A stretch of DNA of 64,000 nucleotides, taken from the NCBI GenBank assembly GCA_038244685.1, contig JBBRTD010000001.1, positions 2,339 through 66,338 of the forward strand, given 5' to 3'. Every line of letters starts with the position of its first letter. Position 1 is the first letter of the stretch. The DNA comes from Minisyncoccia bacterium. GTDB taxonomy: Bacteria; Patescibacteriota; Minisyncoccia; Phycocordibacterales; UBA9973. Made by a program: the position numbers and the translations under genes. The notes under the pieces were generated by a model. The model had not been told where the DNA came from. It searched no databases and worked only from the letters and a program-made list of their open reading frames with translations. This document shows positions 17,098 to 26,470 of this stretch, piece by piece.

Positions 17098-17519
17098 TGC
17101 AAATTATTTAATTCTTCTAAAAGTTTACTTATTTCCTCTTCCGTCATAACTATTCTCTCTTCCCCTTTATGATCAAGGTCTCCGATCATGGACACCGGTA
17201 TTATATGATAGTGTAAATGTTTTATGCTTTTACTATTATTTGATCCATTTCTTAATAAAATACTGTAGTCTTTGTAACCAAGAGATTTAATTAAACCAAC
17301 TCCAATATTTAAAAGATTATTGATCGCTTCAGTCTCTTCTTTTTCTAATTCTTCAAAATTTTCAATATGACGCTTAGTAACGACCAGCAAATGATGCTTG
17401 TGGTAAGGAGCAATTGAATATGTTAAATAAGCTTTTTCGTTTTCATTAATTGTCCGATTAAATCTAGGATCACAAAAAGGACAAACAGCTTGGGTCTTTA
17501 AAAATTCAGTGTAATTCAT
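17094..17519 (-). CDS. HIT (histidine triad) family protein
   Basis: HLHYHIIP histidine triad; 4-nt overlap with the GIY-YIG gene. Confidence 0.85.
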   Translation of the reverse strand: MNYTEFLKTQAVCPFCDPRFNRTINENEKAYLTYSIAPYHKHHLLVVTKRHIENFEELEKEETEAINNLLNIGVGLIKSLGYKDYSILLRNGSNNSKSIKHLHYHIIPVSMIGDLDHKGEERIVMTEEEISKLLEELNNLQ

Positions 17520-17650
17520 CCGTCTATTATATCAAAATAGCAATTAAAAACACCATTAGAGAAATTAAGTTTAAAAACTTATCAAATTTGAAATATATGA
17601 AACTAAGTTTATAATACAATTATAGATTAATAATAATTAATATAATAAAT

Positions 17651-18694
17651 ATGATTAAAACAAATGCACGAGCCGTTTTCGGCCCTAAAGAAAAATTTAA
17701 AGCAACCGTGATAGAACGTCGCGATCTTGGTCCTAAGGATGTTCTTATTGAAATAAAATATGCTGGAATTTGTCATTCCGATATTCACCATGTCCACAAT
17801 GAATGGAGAGAAGAGACATATCCACTTATCCCTGGACACGAGATTGCTGGTATTGTAGCTGAGATAGGATCAGATGTTACAAAGCATTCAGTTGGAGATA
17901 ATGTCGGAGTTGGATGTATGATTGATTCATGTGGTGAATGTGTTAATTGTGAAAAAGGTGAAGAGCAATTTTGTCTCAAGGGAAACACAATGACTTATGC
18001 TGGAGTTGATAAATATGGCAAGCCAACATACGGCGGATATTCAACTCACATTGTAGTAACGGAAGACTTTGTTCTTAAAATTCCAAACGGTCTAACTTTA
18101 GATATATCAGCACCTCTTTTGTGTGCAGGTATTACTACCTACTCGCCACTCCATCATTGGAATGCAGGTCCTGGTAAGAAAGTAGCGGTTGTTGGACTTG
18201 GTGGCCTTGGACATATGGCCGTAAAAATTGCTCATGCAATGGGAGCCACTGTTACAGTTCTTTCTCATTCACTACAAAAGAAAGATGACGCTATTCGCCT
18301 AGGTGCAGATAATTATTATTCAACAAGTGACGCAGAAACATTTAAAGAGCTAGCCGGATCACAAGATCTTATTATAAATACTGTAAGTGCTAAAATTGAT
18401 ATAGATGCATATCTTTCTTTGCTATCACTTGATGGTGTTTTAGTTAATGTTGGAGCTCCAGCCGAACCATTATCGGTAAATGCTTTCTCTTTAATTATGG
18501 GACGTAAATCATTCGCAGGGTCACTTATCGGTGGTATTCGTGAGACTCAAGAAATGTTAAATTTCTGCGCCGAACATAAAATTGGAGCAGATATCGAAGT
18601 TATAAATGCAGACCAAATTGATGAAGCATATGCACGTGTATTAAATTCCGATATAAAATATAGATTTGTGATTGATGTAAGCACAATGAAATAA
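17651..18694 (+). CDS. zinc-dependent NAD(P) alcohol dehydrogenase (MDR family, YahK/cinnamyl-ADH-like)
   Basis: GICHSDIHH, GHEIAGIV, structural-zinc CGECVNCEKGEEQFC, Rossmann GLGGLGHMAVK. Confidence 0.9.
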   Translation: MIKTNARAVFGPKEKFKATVIERRDLGPKDVLIEIKYAGICHSDIHHVHNEWREETYPLIPGHEIAGIVAEIGSDVTKHSVGDNVGVGCMIDSCGECVNCEKGEEQFCLKGNTMTYAGVDKYGKPTYGGYSTHIVVTEDFVLKIPNGLTLDISAPLLCAGITTYSPLHHWNAGPGKKVAVVGLGGLGHMAVKIAHAMGATVTVLSHSLQKKDDAIRLGADNYYSTSDAETFKELAGSQDLIINTVSAKIDIDAYLSLLSLDGVLVNVGAPAEPLSVNAFSLIMGRKSFAGSLIGGIRETQEMLNFCAEHKIGADIEVINADQIDEAYARVLNSDIKYRFVIDVSTMK

Positions 18695-18704
18695 ATAGTA
18701 ATAA

Positions 18705-18735
18705 AAAATCTCGCTTAAAAGCGAGATTTTTTATT
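18705..18735. terminator. bidirectional intrinsic terminator (aatctcgctt/gcgagatt)
   Basis: Stem 18707-18728 flanked by A-run and T-run. Confidence 0.7.
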
Positions 18736-18765
18736 ATAGAAATTCTAGAATGATATATAATTTAC

Positions 18766-19083
18766 TTAATTAAATTCAAATAAAATTTCTTCAAAATTAA
18801 TAATTTTATTATTTTTATCTAATTTAATTCCTTCTTTTTTGTACAAAGCCAAGCGTAATTTCCCATATTCATCATTTAGCCATACTTTTCCGTTCGAATA
18901 CACAATCCGATGAAAAGGAATATTTTTTATCCCTTGTTGATATGCCTTACCTAAAATAGAAGTTATACTCTGTGAAGCCATCGGACCGGCACCAGCAGCA
19001 CGTGCTATTCTCCCATAAGTAGTAACTTTTCCTTTTGGAATTTCTAATGCTATTTTAATAACTCTTTCGCTAAAAGTTTGCAT
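18766..19083 (-). CDS. MGMT-family DNA-binding domain protein, alkyltransferase-like (catalytic Cys replaced)
   Basis: IPKGKVTTYGRIA ... IPFHRIV where Ogt/Ada have PCHRV. Confidence 0.7.
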   Translation of the reverse strand: MQTFSERVIKIALEIPKGKVTTYGRIARAAGAGPMASQSITSILGKAYQQGIKNIPFHRIVYSNGKVWLNDEYGKLRLALYKKEGIKLDKNNKIINFEEILFEFN

Positions 19084-19129
19084 ATAATGTTTATTGTATT
19101 AAAAAATGTATAAAAAAATTTAAAGTAGC

Positions 19130-19669
19130 TTAATGTTTTTTACTTTTCTTTTGGTACTCGCTAGCACTCATATAACTTTTTGTATCTGAAACCTTATCAA
19201 CAAAAAGAATTCCATCCAAATGATCATATTCGTGTTGTATAACTCTTCCAATTAAACCAGAAGCCTTAAACTCAAACCATTTACCGTCAATGTCTTGAGC
19301 TTTTATTTTTATACTTCTAGGCCTATCAACTAATCCAAATAAATTAGCATTTGCGACACTTCCGCATCCTTCATATCCTGAAACTTTTTCTTTTGCTAAA
19401 AATATTATCTGTGGATTAATAAAAACTTTTAAATCATCTAAATCTTTGTTGTTTCTATTTTTTGTTTTTCTAATCTCTGTAATTAAAACTCTAATACTAT
19501 GATTAATCTGGGGAGCAGAAATACCAATAAGATTATAGTGCCTCATTGAATCAATTAGATTTTTGATGATTGTTTTAGTTTTACTAGATTTAATTTCTTT
19601 ATCAGTTAATTTTCGTGATTTTCTTCTAATATTAGGATTCCCTATTTGGATTATTTCTTTTATTATCAT
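19130..19669 (-). CDS. def: peptide deformylase
   Basis: GISAPQI, EGCGSV, QHEYDHLDG motifs; start moved to MIIKEIIQIGNP. Confidence 0.85.
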   Translation of the reverse strand: MIIKEIIQIGNPNIRRKSRKLTDKEIKSSKTKTIIKNLIDSMRHYNLIGISAPQINHSIRVLITEIRKTKNRNNKDLDDLKVFINPQIIFLAKEKVSGYEGCGSVANANLFGLVDRPRSIKIKAQDIDGKWFEFKASGLIGRVIQHEYDHLDGILFVDKVSDTKSYMSASEYQKKSKKH

Positions 19670-19736
19670 ATTTATATTATATAGCCCATAAGGAAAAATT
19701 AATAGTTTTGACGTATCTCGTGCTAAGCACAACTTA

Positions 19737-19893
19737 GTTGGAAGACTAGGACCGCGAGTACTCTTATCTCTCCCTTCGGTCGCGGGTGCTTTTCCATCTT
19801 CGACAGGAAAAGCCTTTCGATTGCTAGGCGCAAATGAAGCAGTTCATTTTCTTCTCCCAGCGAAAATCCCGCAATGAAGCGGGATTTTCTTTT
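19737..19893 (+). ncRNA. candidate small structured RNA (GC-rich island ending in hairpin + T-tract); identity unknown
   Basis: ~155 nt with roughly 50% GC in an AT-rich background; internal hairpins ccgcga/tcgcgg, aaatgaa-gcag-ttcattt; 3' hairpin atcccgc/gcgggat then tttcttttg; strand assignment from the T-tract. Confidence 0.25.
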
Positions 19894-19894
19894 G

Positions 19895-19965
19895 CTGGGA
19901 GACTAGGAATCGAACCTAGATTAAAGGCTTCAAAGGCCTCTGTCCTACCTTTAGACGATCTCCCA
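19895..19965 (-). tRNA. tRNA-Gln (anticodon TTG)
   Basis: Minus-strand TGGGAGATCGTCTAAAGGTAGGACAGAGGCCTTTGAAGCCTTTAATCTAGGTTCGATTCCTAGTCTCCCAG; U1-A72 pair, T-loop GGTTCGATTCC, anticodon loop CTTTGAA. Confidence 0.85.
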
Positions 19966-20059
19966 AAGTTTACATAGGTGCATAAATTAACCTTAAATGT
20001 AAAACAATATAAGAATACATTAAAAACGTTTATTTTTCAACTCTTTGAGAGGTTAAATT

Positions 20060-21172
20060 TTATTTCAAATATTTAACGATATTTGCTTGGTGCTCTTCGT
20101 ATGTGACAGCGCAATGTGTAATGCGATTCTTATCATGCAAATAATACAAACAATCTGTTTTCGTTGGATTTAAAACTGCTTCAATTGCCGAAAGGCCTGG
20201 ATTTGAAATTGGATGTGGGGGTAGCCCTGTGTGGATATAAGTATTATAAGGAGAATCAATTTTTTTAAGAGCAATCGAAACAGGAGCCCACCAACCACCT
20301 CCAGTATCACCTCTTAAATATTGAAGAGTCGCATCAACTCCTAGCTGCATCTTTTGATTTAATCTATTCCATAAAATACCAGCGATAAGAGGAGTGTCCG
20401 CATTATTCGCAGCTTCGCGCTGAACAACAGAAGCGAGAGTTAAAGCGGTTGTCCATTTAATATTTTTAGCAGTAAATTCCGGCAAGTACGATGAGAATTT
20501 TTCATTAAATTTTGAAATAAGTCTAGCTGAAACAAGTTCCGGAGTCTCGTCAATTGGTACAAGATAGGTATCTGGAAAATAAACACCCTCCATATAGTCT
20601 GGCTTTGCTGCAGTAATAACTTTAATCCAATTATCTTTTTGTTTTGAGGTCCAGCCTAAAGTATCAGCTAAAAGTTTTGCAATTTCTTCTTTTCTTAATC
20701 CTTCGGGTATTTTTATCCATTTCATGTAAGGTTTACCTTTCAAGACCTGTACAAGTTGCGAATTGTTCATTTCTTTTGAAATTTTATATGCACCAGGATT
20801 TATAATTCCTTTCCCATCCTTCCCAGCTATAAGTAAAATAAATGAATCTTTATTTAAAATATAACCTTGGTCAAAAAGATTTGTGGTAATAATTTCATTT
20901 GTATCTTTAAGAGACACAATAAAACGATCTACTCCGATAGGAAGTGGTATCGGCTCTGGTATAGCGATTAGTTCTGCTTGTGTTTTGATTGGAGTCTCTT
21001 CTGTTTGATTTACTGGCATTACTTTAATCTGAGTCACAGGATTACTTATCTCTTTTGCTACCTTTGTCTTATTTTTTGGATAAACAAAAAAATACAATAC
21101 AAAAACAATTACAACTATTGAAATCAGCATTATCCATATAAATATTCTTTTTTTATTAAAATCATTATTCAT
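20060..21172 (-). CDS. mltG: endolytic murein transglycosylase MltG (YceG family)
   Basis: N-terminal TM; LASVVQREA, LQYLRGD, YNTYIHTGLPPHPISNPG signature. Confidence 0.8.
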   Translation of the reverse strand: MNNDFNKKRIFIWIMLISIVVIVFVLYFFVYPKNKTKVAKEISNPVTQIKVMPVNQTEETPIKTQAELIAIPEPIPLPIGVDRFIVSLKDTNEIITTNLFDQGYILNKDSFILLIAGKDGKGIINPGAYKISKEMNNSQLVQVLKGKPYMKWIKIPEGLRKEEIAKLLADTLGWTSKQKDNWIKVITAAKPDYMEGVYFPDTYLVPIDETPELVSARLISKFNEKFSSYLPEFTAKNIKWTTALTLASVVQREAANNADTPLIAGILWNRLNQKMQLGVDATLQYLRGDTGGGWWAPVSIALKKIDSPYNTYIHTGLPPHPISNPGLSAIEAVLNPTKTDCLYYLHDKNRITHCAVTYEEHQANIVKYLK

Positions 21173-21261
21173 AGTGTATATATAAGTATAACACAAAAAT
21201 AATCTACAAATTTAACTTAAAATTCCTAGCCTACCAATCAATAAATTGTTATAATACCAAC

Positions 21262-22275
21262 ATGGAAACATCTAAAACTGAAAAATACTTTTTATTTGGT
21301 CTTTTAGCAATTGTGCTTATTTTAACATTTGCAATACTCTATCCGTTTATAACTATCTTTATATTAGCGGCAGCTTTTGCTGTTGTAGTAAATCCAGTAT
21401 ATTTGTGGATTAAAAAGCACATAACTAGAAAAAATGGAGGCTTAGCATCTCTAATAACTATAATTCTTTTTTTAATTATTTTATGTATTCCAATATTTTT
21501 TATGGGAATTACAATTTTTAATCAAGCCCAGAATGCCTATTTCTCTATCGTTACAAATGGTGACACAAGTCTATTCATAAAAAAATTAGATACTTCTATT
21601 AATTCATTAATGCCTAATGGCTTTTCTTTCAACACCTATGAAAAGATAACTAGTATTACTTCCTTCTTATCAAATAATATTGGCAACTTCTTCACTTCTA
21701 CTTTTAACACAATAGCCATGACGATTATTACTATCTTTACAATGTATTACATACTTAAGGATGGTGAAAAATGGAGAGAAGGATTAATAAAAATTTTACC
21801 TTTATCAGAAAAAAATATAAAAGAGATACTCTCTGATTTAAAAAATTCAATCAACAGAATAATTAAGGGGTCTTTCTTTATAGCGATTATCCAAGGAATT
21901 CTCTCTTTCGTGGGATTATGGGTCTTTGGAGTACCGAATCCAGCTCTATGGGGAGTCGTGGCTGGCTTTGCTTCTCTTATTCCAAATCTTGGAACTTCTC
22001 TTGTCTCTGTACCAGCAATGCTTTTCCTTTTCTTCACAGGAATGCCATTACATGCACTTGGTTTATTATTGTGGTCAATTGCTATTGTCGGAACAATAGA
22101 TAATATTCTATCTCCATACATAATATCCAAAGGAACAGAAATACCTTCAATATTTATATTGTTTTCAATTTTAGGTGGAATATCCTTAATGGGACCACTT
22201 GGAATACTTATGGGGCCTTTAATACTGAGCCTTCTTTATAGCTTAGTGTCGATATATAGAAAAGAAATAAACTAA
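21262..22275 (+). CDS. AI-2E family transporter (PerM/UPF0118)
   Basis: 8 TM helices, IQGILSFVGLWVFGVPNPALWGVVAGFASLIPNLG. Confidence 0.8.
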   Translation: METSKTEKYFLFGLLAIVLILTFAILYPFITIFILAAAFAVVVNPVYLWIKKHITRKNGGLASLITIILFLIILCIPIFFMGITIFNQAQNAYFSIVTNGDTSLFIKKLDTSINSLMPNGFSFNTYEKITSITSFLSNNIGNFFTSTFNTIAMTIITIFTMYYILKDGEKWREGLIKILPLSEKNIKEILSDLKNSINRIIKGSFFIAIIQGILSFVGLWVFGVPNPALWGVVAGFASLIPNLGTSLVSVPAMLFLFFTGMPLHALGLLLWSIAIVGTIDNILSPYIISKGTEIPSIFILFSILGGISLMGPLGILMGPLILSLLYSLVSIYRKEIN

Positions 22276-23522
22276 ACAGACATTCCTGCAATATACCCAG
22301 TCGTCCAACAAATCTGCAAACTATAACCTCCTGAATTTCTATTAATGTTTAATAAATCTCCAGTAATATATAAATTCTTGTACAATTTTGATGACATAGT
22401 TTTCATATCTAATTCTTTAAGAGAAACGCCCCCATCAGCAACAACCGATCTATCATAACCCATCAAATTTGTAATAGTTATCGGAAGGGCCTTCAATAAA
22501 TGCACAAGCTTTTTCCTTGTGTCTTTACTTACGCTATGTACTTTCATTTCAAAATCGATAGATGGATCTATCATTTCAAAAGCCTTAGCAATTCCTTCTG
22601 GCACTATATCTTTTAAAACAGTTCTTAATATTTTATTTTTATTTGCATCAAAAGTTTTAATAATTCCCTCTTCAAGTTTTCCTTCATTAGTATCTGGGTA
22701 TGCGTCGATACAAGCGGTAACTCTCCCCGCTTGTAATAAGTCAGAAACTTTTCGTGAGCAATTTAAAATTAAAGGTCCAGACAAACCAAAGTGAGTAAAG
22801 AGAACTTTACCAAGTTTCGAAAACTGTTTTTTGTCTTCTAAGAAAAAAGTTATCTTCATAAAAGATAATGAGACCCCAGCTAAACTTTTAACCCAAGCAT
22901 CACTTACTGCAAGAGGTACAATGTTAGGAGTTGAATCTTTTACTTCATGACCAAGATCATTTAACCACTTGAACCCATCCCCCGTTGAGCCAGTCTCTGG
23001 ATGTGACATTCCTCCCGTCGCAAGAATAAAGGACTTAGCATAAAATATTCCACTATTAGTCTCCACACTTTCAACCTCTTTATCTTTTATATTTATTTTC
23101 TTAACGCTACAATTATTTTTTATTTGGACATTATTATTATCTAATTCTTTTCTCAAAACATTGTAAACATCAAGCGCTTTCTCTGTCGCAGGGAAAACAC
23201 GATTACGAGCCTGAATAACTAAAGGCAATCCTCTTGATTCAAAATATTTAAATGTATCTTTTACTCCAAAGACAGAAAAAGGTGAATAGAGAAATGGAGC
23301 CCCATCACCATATATTTTTAAAAATTTATGAATATCGGGCTCATTGTTCGTAATATTACATCTGCCACCTCCGGTAATTTTTAATTTCTCCCCTAAGTCT
23401 CTATTCTTATCAAGAATAAGTACAGATTTACCCCGAGAAGAAGCGATAGCTCCTGCCATCATTCCGGAAGCTCCACCTCCTATTATGACTACATCCCAAA
23501 TTTTATTATTATTTTCTCTCAT
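22272..23522 (-). CDS. NAD(P)/FAD-dependent oxidoreductase (HI0933/BaiN-like flavoprotein)
   Basis: DVVIIGGGASGMMAG dinucleotide fold, ITGGGRCNITN. Confidence 0.8.
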   Translation of the reverse strand: MRENNNKIWDVVIIGGGASGMMAGAIASSRGKSVLILDKNRDLGEKLKITGGGRCNITNNEPDIHKFLKIYGDGAPFLYSPFSVFGVKDTFKYFESRGLPLVIQARNRVFPATEKALDVYNVLRKELDNNNVQIKNNCSVKKINIKDKEVESVETNSGIFYAKSFILATGGMSHPETGSTGDGFKWLNDLGHEVKDSTPNIVPLAVSDAWVKSLAGVSLSFMKITFFLEDKKQFSKLGKVLFTHFGLSGPLILNCSRKVSDLLQAGRVTACIDAYPDTNEGKLEEGIIKTFDANKNKILRTVLKDIVPEGIAKAFEMIDPSIDFEMKVHSVSKDTRKKLVHLLKALPITITNLMGYDRSVVADGGVSLKELDMKTMSSKLYKNLYITGDLLNINRNSGGYSLQICWTTGYIAGMSV

Positions 23523-24552
23523 TTAAAATCTTAACTAAAGCTAATTCGAGAGGTAATTCACTAATAACAACATTACGGAGAGACTGATAAGAATCAAGGA
23601 GAATAGAGAGCGTTGACGAAGATATATACTCTGGTTTAGTGGATACTAAATTAGTAATATATTCCATATCATGAGTAGACAAAACAGTTTCAACTTCTTT
23701 TTTCATATTTGGAGCATAGCGAAGAATAAGAGAATATCTTAACTTAGAAAGAATCATTTTTAAATAAATAGACATGTCTAAATTATCAGTACTGGCTTTT
23801 TTAATACAAAGAAAACCTTTTTCAATGTCCTTATTAGCAATCGCATCAAGAAAACCATCTACTAAAATAGTATTTGGTGAACCCGTAACTTCTTCGATAT
23901 TTTTTAAGGTAATTTTCTTATCATTTGAAAAAGAAATAACTTTCTGTAGTATTCCCAAGGCATCACGAAAGGCTCCATCCGCCAAAAGCGCAATTAAAGC
24001 AGGACCACCTTCTTCTAAACTATATCCTTCTTTCTTGGCAACATTTAAAATAACAGAAGAAAGAATCATATCAGTTGGTTTTTTAAACATAAAGCTCTGA
24101 CATCGAGATATTATTGTTTCAGGAACTTTGTCTAACTCCGTTGTTGCAAGAATAAAGATGACATGAGATGGTGGCTCTTCTATTGTTTTCAAGAGAGCGT
24201 TCCATGCATCTTTTGTAAACATATGAACTTCATCAAGAATATAAATTTTATATTTAGAATCAAAAGGCATCGTTTGAACGCTATCTCGAATACTACGGAC
24301 ATCGTCAATCCCTCGATTACTTGCAGCATCTAATTCATAAATATCATTAGAGGAAGTTCCTAGCTCGTGAGCAATAATGCGAGCTACAGTTGTCTTTCCT
24401 GTTCCTCTTGGGCCACAAAGAAGGTATGCATGAGCAACCTTACCTGCCTTTAATGCACCTCCAATCGCTTTCACAATATGATCCTGCCCGATAACTTCAT
24501 CAAAGTTCTCTGGGCGATATTTCCTATATAATGCAATGTTAGAATCCTTCAT
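23509..24552 (-). CDS. dnaX: DNA polymerase III subunit gamma/tau, short form (domains I-III only)
   Basis: YRKYRPENFDEVIGQDH, GPRGTGKTT, ILDEVHM, SRC sensor; 347 aa. Confidence 0.75.
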   Translation of the reverse strand: MKDSNIALYRKYRPENFDEVIGQDHIVKAIGGALKAGKVAHAYLLCGPRGTGKTTVARIIAHELGTSSNDIYELDAASNRGIDDVRSIRDSVQTMPFDSKYKIYILDEVHMFTKDAWNALLKTIEEPPSHVIFILATTELDKVPETIISRCQSFMFKKPTDMILSSVILNVAKKEGYSLEEGGPALIALLADGAFRDALGILQKVISFSNDKKITLKNIEEVTGSPNTILVDGFLDAIANKDIEKGFLCIKKASTDNLDMSIYLKMILSKLRYSLILRYAPNMKKEVETVLSTHDMEYITNLVSTKPEYISSSTLSILLDSYQSLRNVVISELPLELALVKILNERK

Positions 24553-24569
24553 AATGACAGTATAACAAA

Positions 24570-25559
24570 TTAATGATTTTTTAGAAATTCCTTAATTATA
24601 CTTTCCATCTCTGTTGATTTATCAGTTTCCATCAATTTAACCCGAAGCTCTTTAGCTCCATCAAAACCATTTACATACGCCTTGAAGTGTTTCTTCATAA
24701 CCGCAAAATTTTTTACCTTACCCAAAAGCTTTTCATAGAGCTTTGTATGTTCAACCAAAACTTTCAATTTTCGTTTCACTGTTGGAATTTTTTTACTATC
24801 ATTAAACAACCAAGGGTTACCAAATATTCCTCTACCTATCATGATTCCATCACAGCCAGTTTCTTTTGCAAGTTCTCTTCCCTGCTCTTTATCTCTAACA
24901 TCACCATTGCCTATTATTTTTGTTTTAACTCCCATTTTATTTCTAATATCTACAACTTCCCTTACGTGCTCCCATCTTGCAGGAACATCTGACATTTCCT
25001 TTCTTGTTCTTGCGTGAATAGTTAAAGCATCAATATCTTGCAAAAGTAAAAACGGAATCCATTCATTTATCTGATTTTTATTATAGCCAATACGAGTCTT
25101 TACAGAAATAGAAACATTTTTCTTTTTTGAATCTTTTATACCATCTTTTACTGCCTGTATTATAGCTCCTGCTTTATCCATATCTTTCATCATGGCAGCT
25201 CCTGCCCCCTGCTTCTCAATAGAGCGGTCAGGACAACCCATATTTATATCTATACCATCAAAGCCGAGATTGGCAACATAGCAAGCTGCTTGTCGCATGG
25301 AAACAGGATGCGATGAGAATAATTGTGCTACAATCGGTTTTTCTTTTTTAGAATAAAGAAGATCATACTTAAGAACTTCACGTCCGATACTAGATAAGCC
25401 ATCAGCCGAGACAAATTCAGTCCAAGTCACATCTGGTTTGCCATATTTTGTAATGATAGACCGGAAAGCCACATCAGTGACATCTGCCATTGGTGCTAAA
25501 CAAAAGAAAGGCTTTGGTAATTTTTCCCAGAAATTTATCATATGATTTAGTGAAATCAT
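24570..25559 (-). CDS. dus: tRNA-dihydrouridine synthase
   Basis: FCLAPMADVTDVAFRSI, TIM-barrel Dus family. Confidence 0.85.
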   Translation of the reverse strand: MISLNHMINFWEKLPKPFFCLAPMADVTDVAFRSIITKYGKPDVTWTEFVSADGLSSIGREVLKYDLLYSKKEKPIVAQLFSSHPVSMRQAACYVANLGFDGIDINMGCPDRSIEKQGAGAAMMKDMDKAGAIIQAVKDGIKDSKKKNVSISVKTRIGYNKNQINEWIPFLLLQDIDALTIHARTRKEMSDVPARWEHVREVVDIRNKMGVKTKIIGNGDVRDKEQGRELAKETGCDGIMIGRGIFGNPWLFNDSKKIPTVKRKLKVLVEHTKLYEKLLGKVKNFAVMKKHFKAYVNGFDGAKELRVKLMETDKSTEMESIIKEFLKNH

Positions 25560-25597
25560 GCCGCGTAACCGTCCTTTTAGCGCGGCGTTAATTATAC

Positions 25598-26464
25598 TTA
25601 TTGAAATTTATATAAAACCTTATTCTTAAATCTTAAGTCTATGTAAGAAAGAATATCATACTTGGAATTAATTTCATTTGCAAATTCTTTTTTATTCATA
25701 GCAGTAGAGAAATTATCTAAAATTACAGCTAGATTATTATCATCTTTGAAAATTATTTTCGGGCTTGAATTGTTATTTATAGATTTAAGATAAAGTGAGT
25801 ATACCCCATTCGCAGTTACGGTTAGATATGATGGGGTAAAGCCAAGTTTTGCAATACCATCAGTAAAGCGCACTAATTCATGGAAACGTTCCTTTGTAAA
25901 CATTTGAGAGCCGAGAGGATTTGAGATATCACCTTCAATGTTTGTATAATATTTAAAGTAAACATCCCCTGAAAAGTAAGGAGCTTTATCGAAAATATAC
26001 CCATCATTATTTACAAAATAACAATTTTCACCAATATCTTCCTTGTTTTCTGGTATTGATATACCACAATATAAATATGATCCTGCTCTTTCACTAAGAG
26101 CCACTCGTAAGGTATTAAAACCTTCACGTTTGATTGTTAAACTTTCGATTCTTGGAAAATTAATAATTAAATCATTATATATTTTAGCTTGTGGATATAT
26201 TAGAAAATTTGAATGTGAAAAAAGTTTTAAATATTTACCAGATAATTTATCATTTATCCGTGCCTCTATATCCTTAGAATTTATAATACTATTACCGCTA
26301 ACAATTACCTTATTAATAACAATTCTAGAATAAGAAGAAAAGTAGGAAATACCTAAAATAATTGAAATAAATAAAATTGTAAATAATACTATCAAGCGCA
26401 ATCGTCCAACTCGACGATTGCGCTTGATAAGAGCTATGCGTGGTGATGTGGGAATATCTTTCAT
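25598..26464 (-). CDS. FtsQ/DivIB-like cell-division protein (TM + POTRA)
   Basis: TM LRLIVLFTILFISIILG then POTRA-like IVINKVIVSGN...IESLTIKREGFNTLRVALSERAGSYLYC. Confidence 0.6.
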   Translation of the reverse strand: MKDIPTSPRIALIKRNRRVGRLRLIVLFTILFISIILGISYFSSYSRIVINKVIVSGNSIINSKDIEARINDKLSGKYLKLFSHSNFLIYPQAKIYNDLIINFPRIESLTIKREGFNTLRVALSERAGSYLYCGISIPENKEDIGENCYFVNNDGYIFDKAPYFSGDVYFKYYTNIEGDISNPLGSQMFTKERFHELVRFTDGIAKLGFTPSYLTVTANGVYSLYLKSINNNSSPKIIFKDDNNLAVILDNFSTAMNKKEFANEINSKYDILSYIDLRFKNKVLYKFQ

Positions 26465-26470
26465 TAATTA

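Noticed and set aside
17627-17988. Minus-strand ORFs overlapping the alcohol dehydrogenase gene
   Set aside because: Antisense to a gene with full MDR-ADH motif complement
19737-19893. SRP (4.5S) RNA assignment for the GC-rich island
   Set aside because: GAAGCAG is present but sits in the loop of a simple hairpin rather than the domain-IV internal loop next to a GNRA tetraloop. No GGAAGCAGCC context is present
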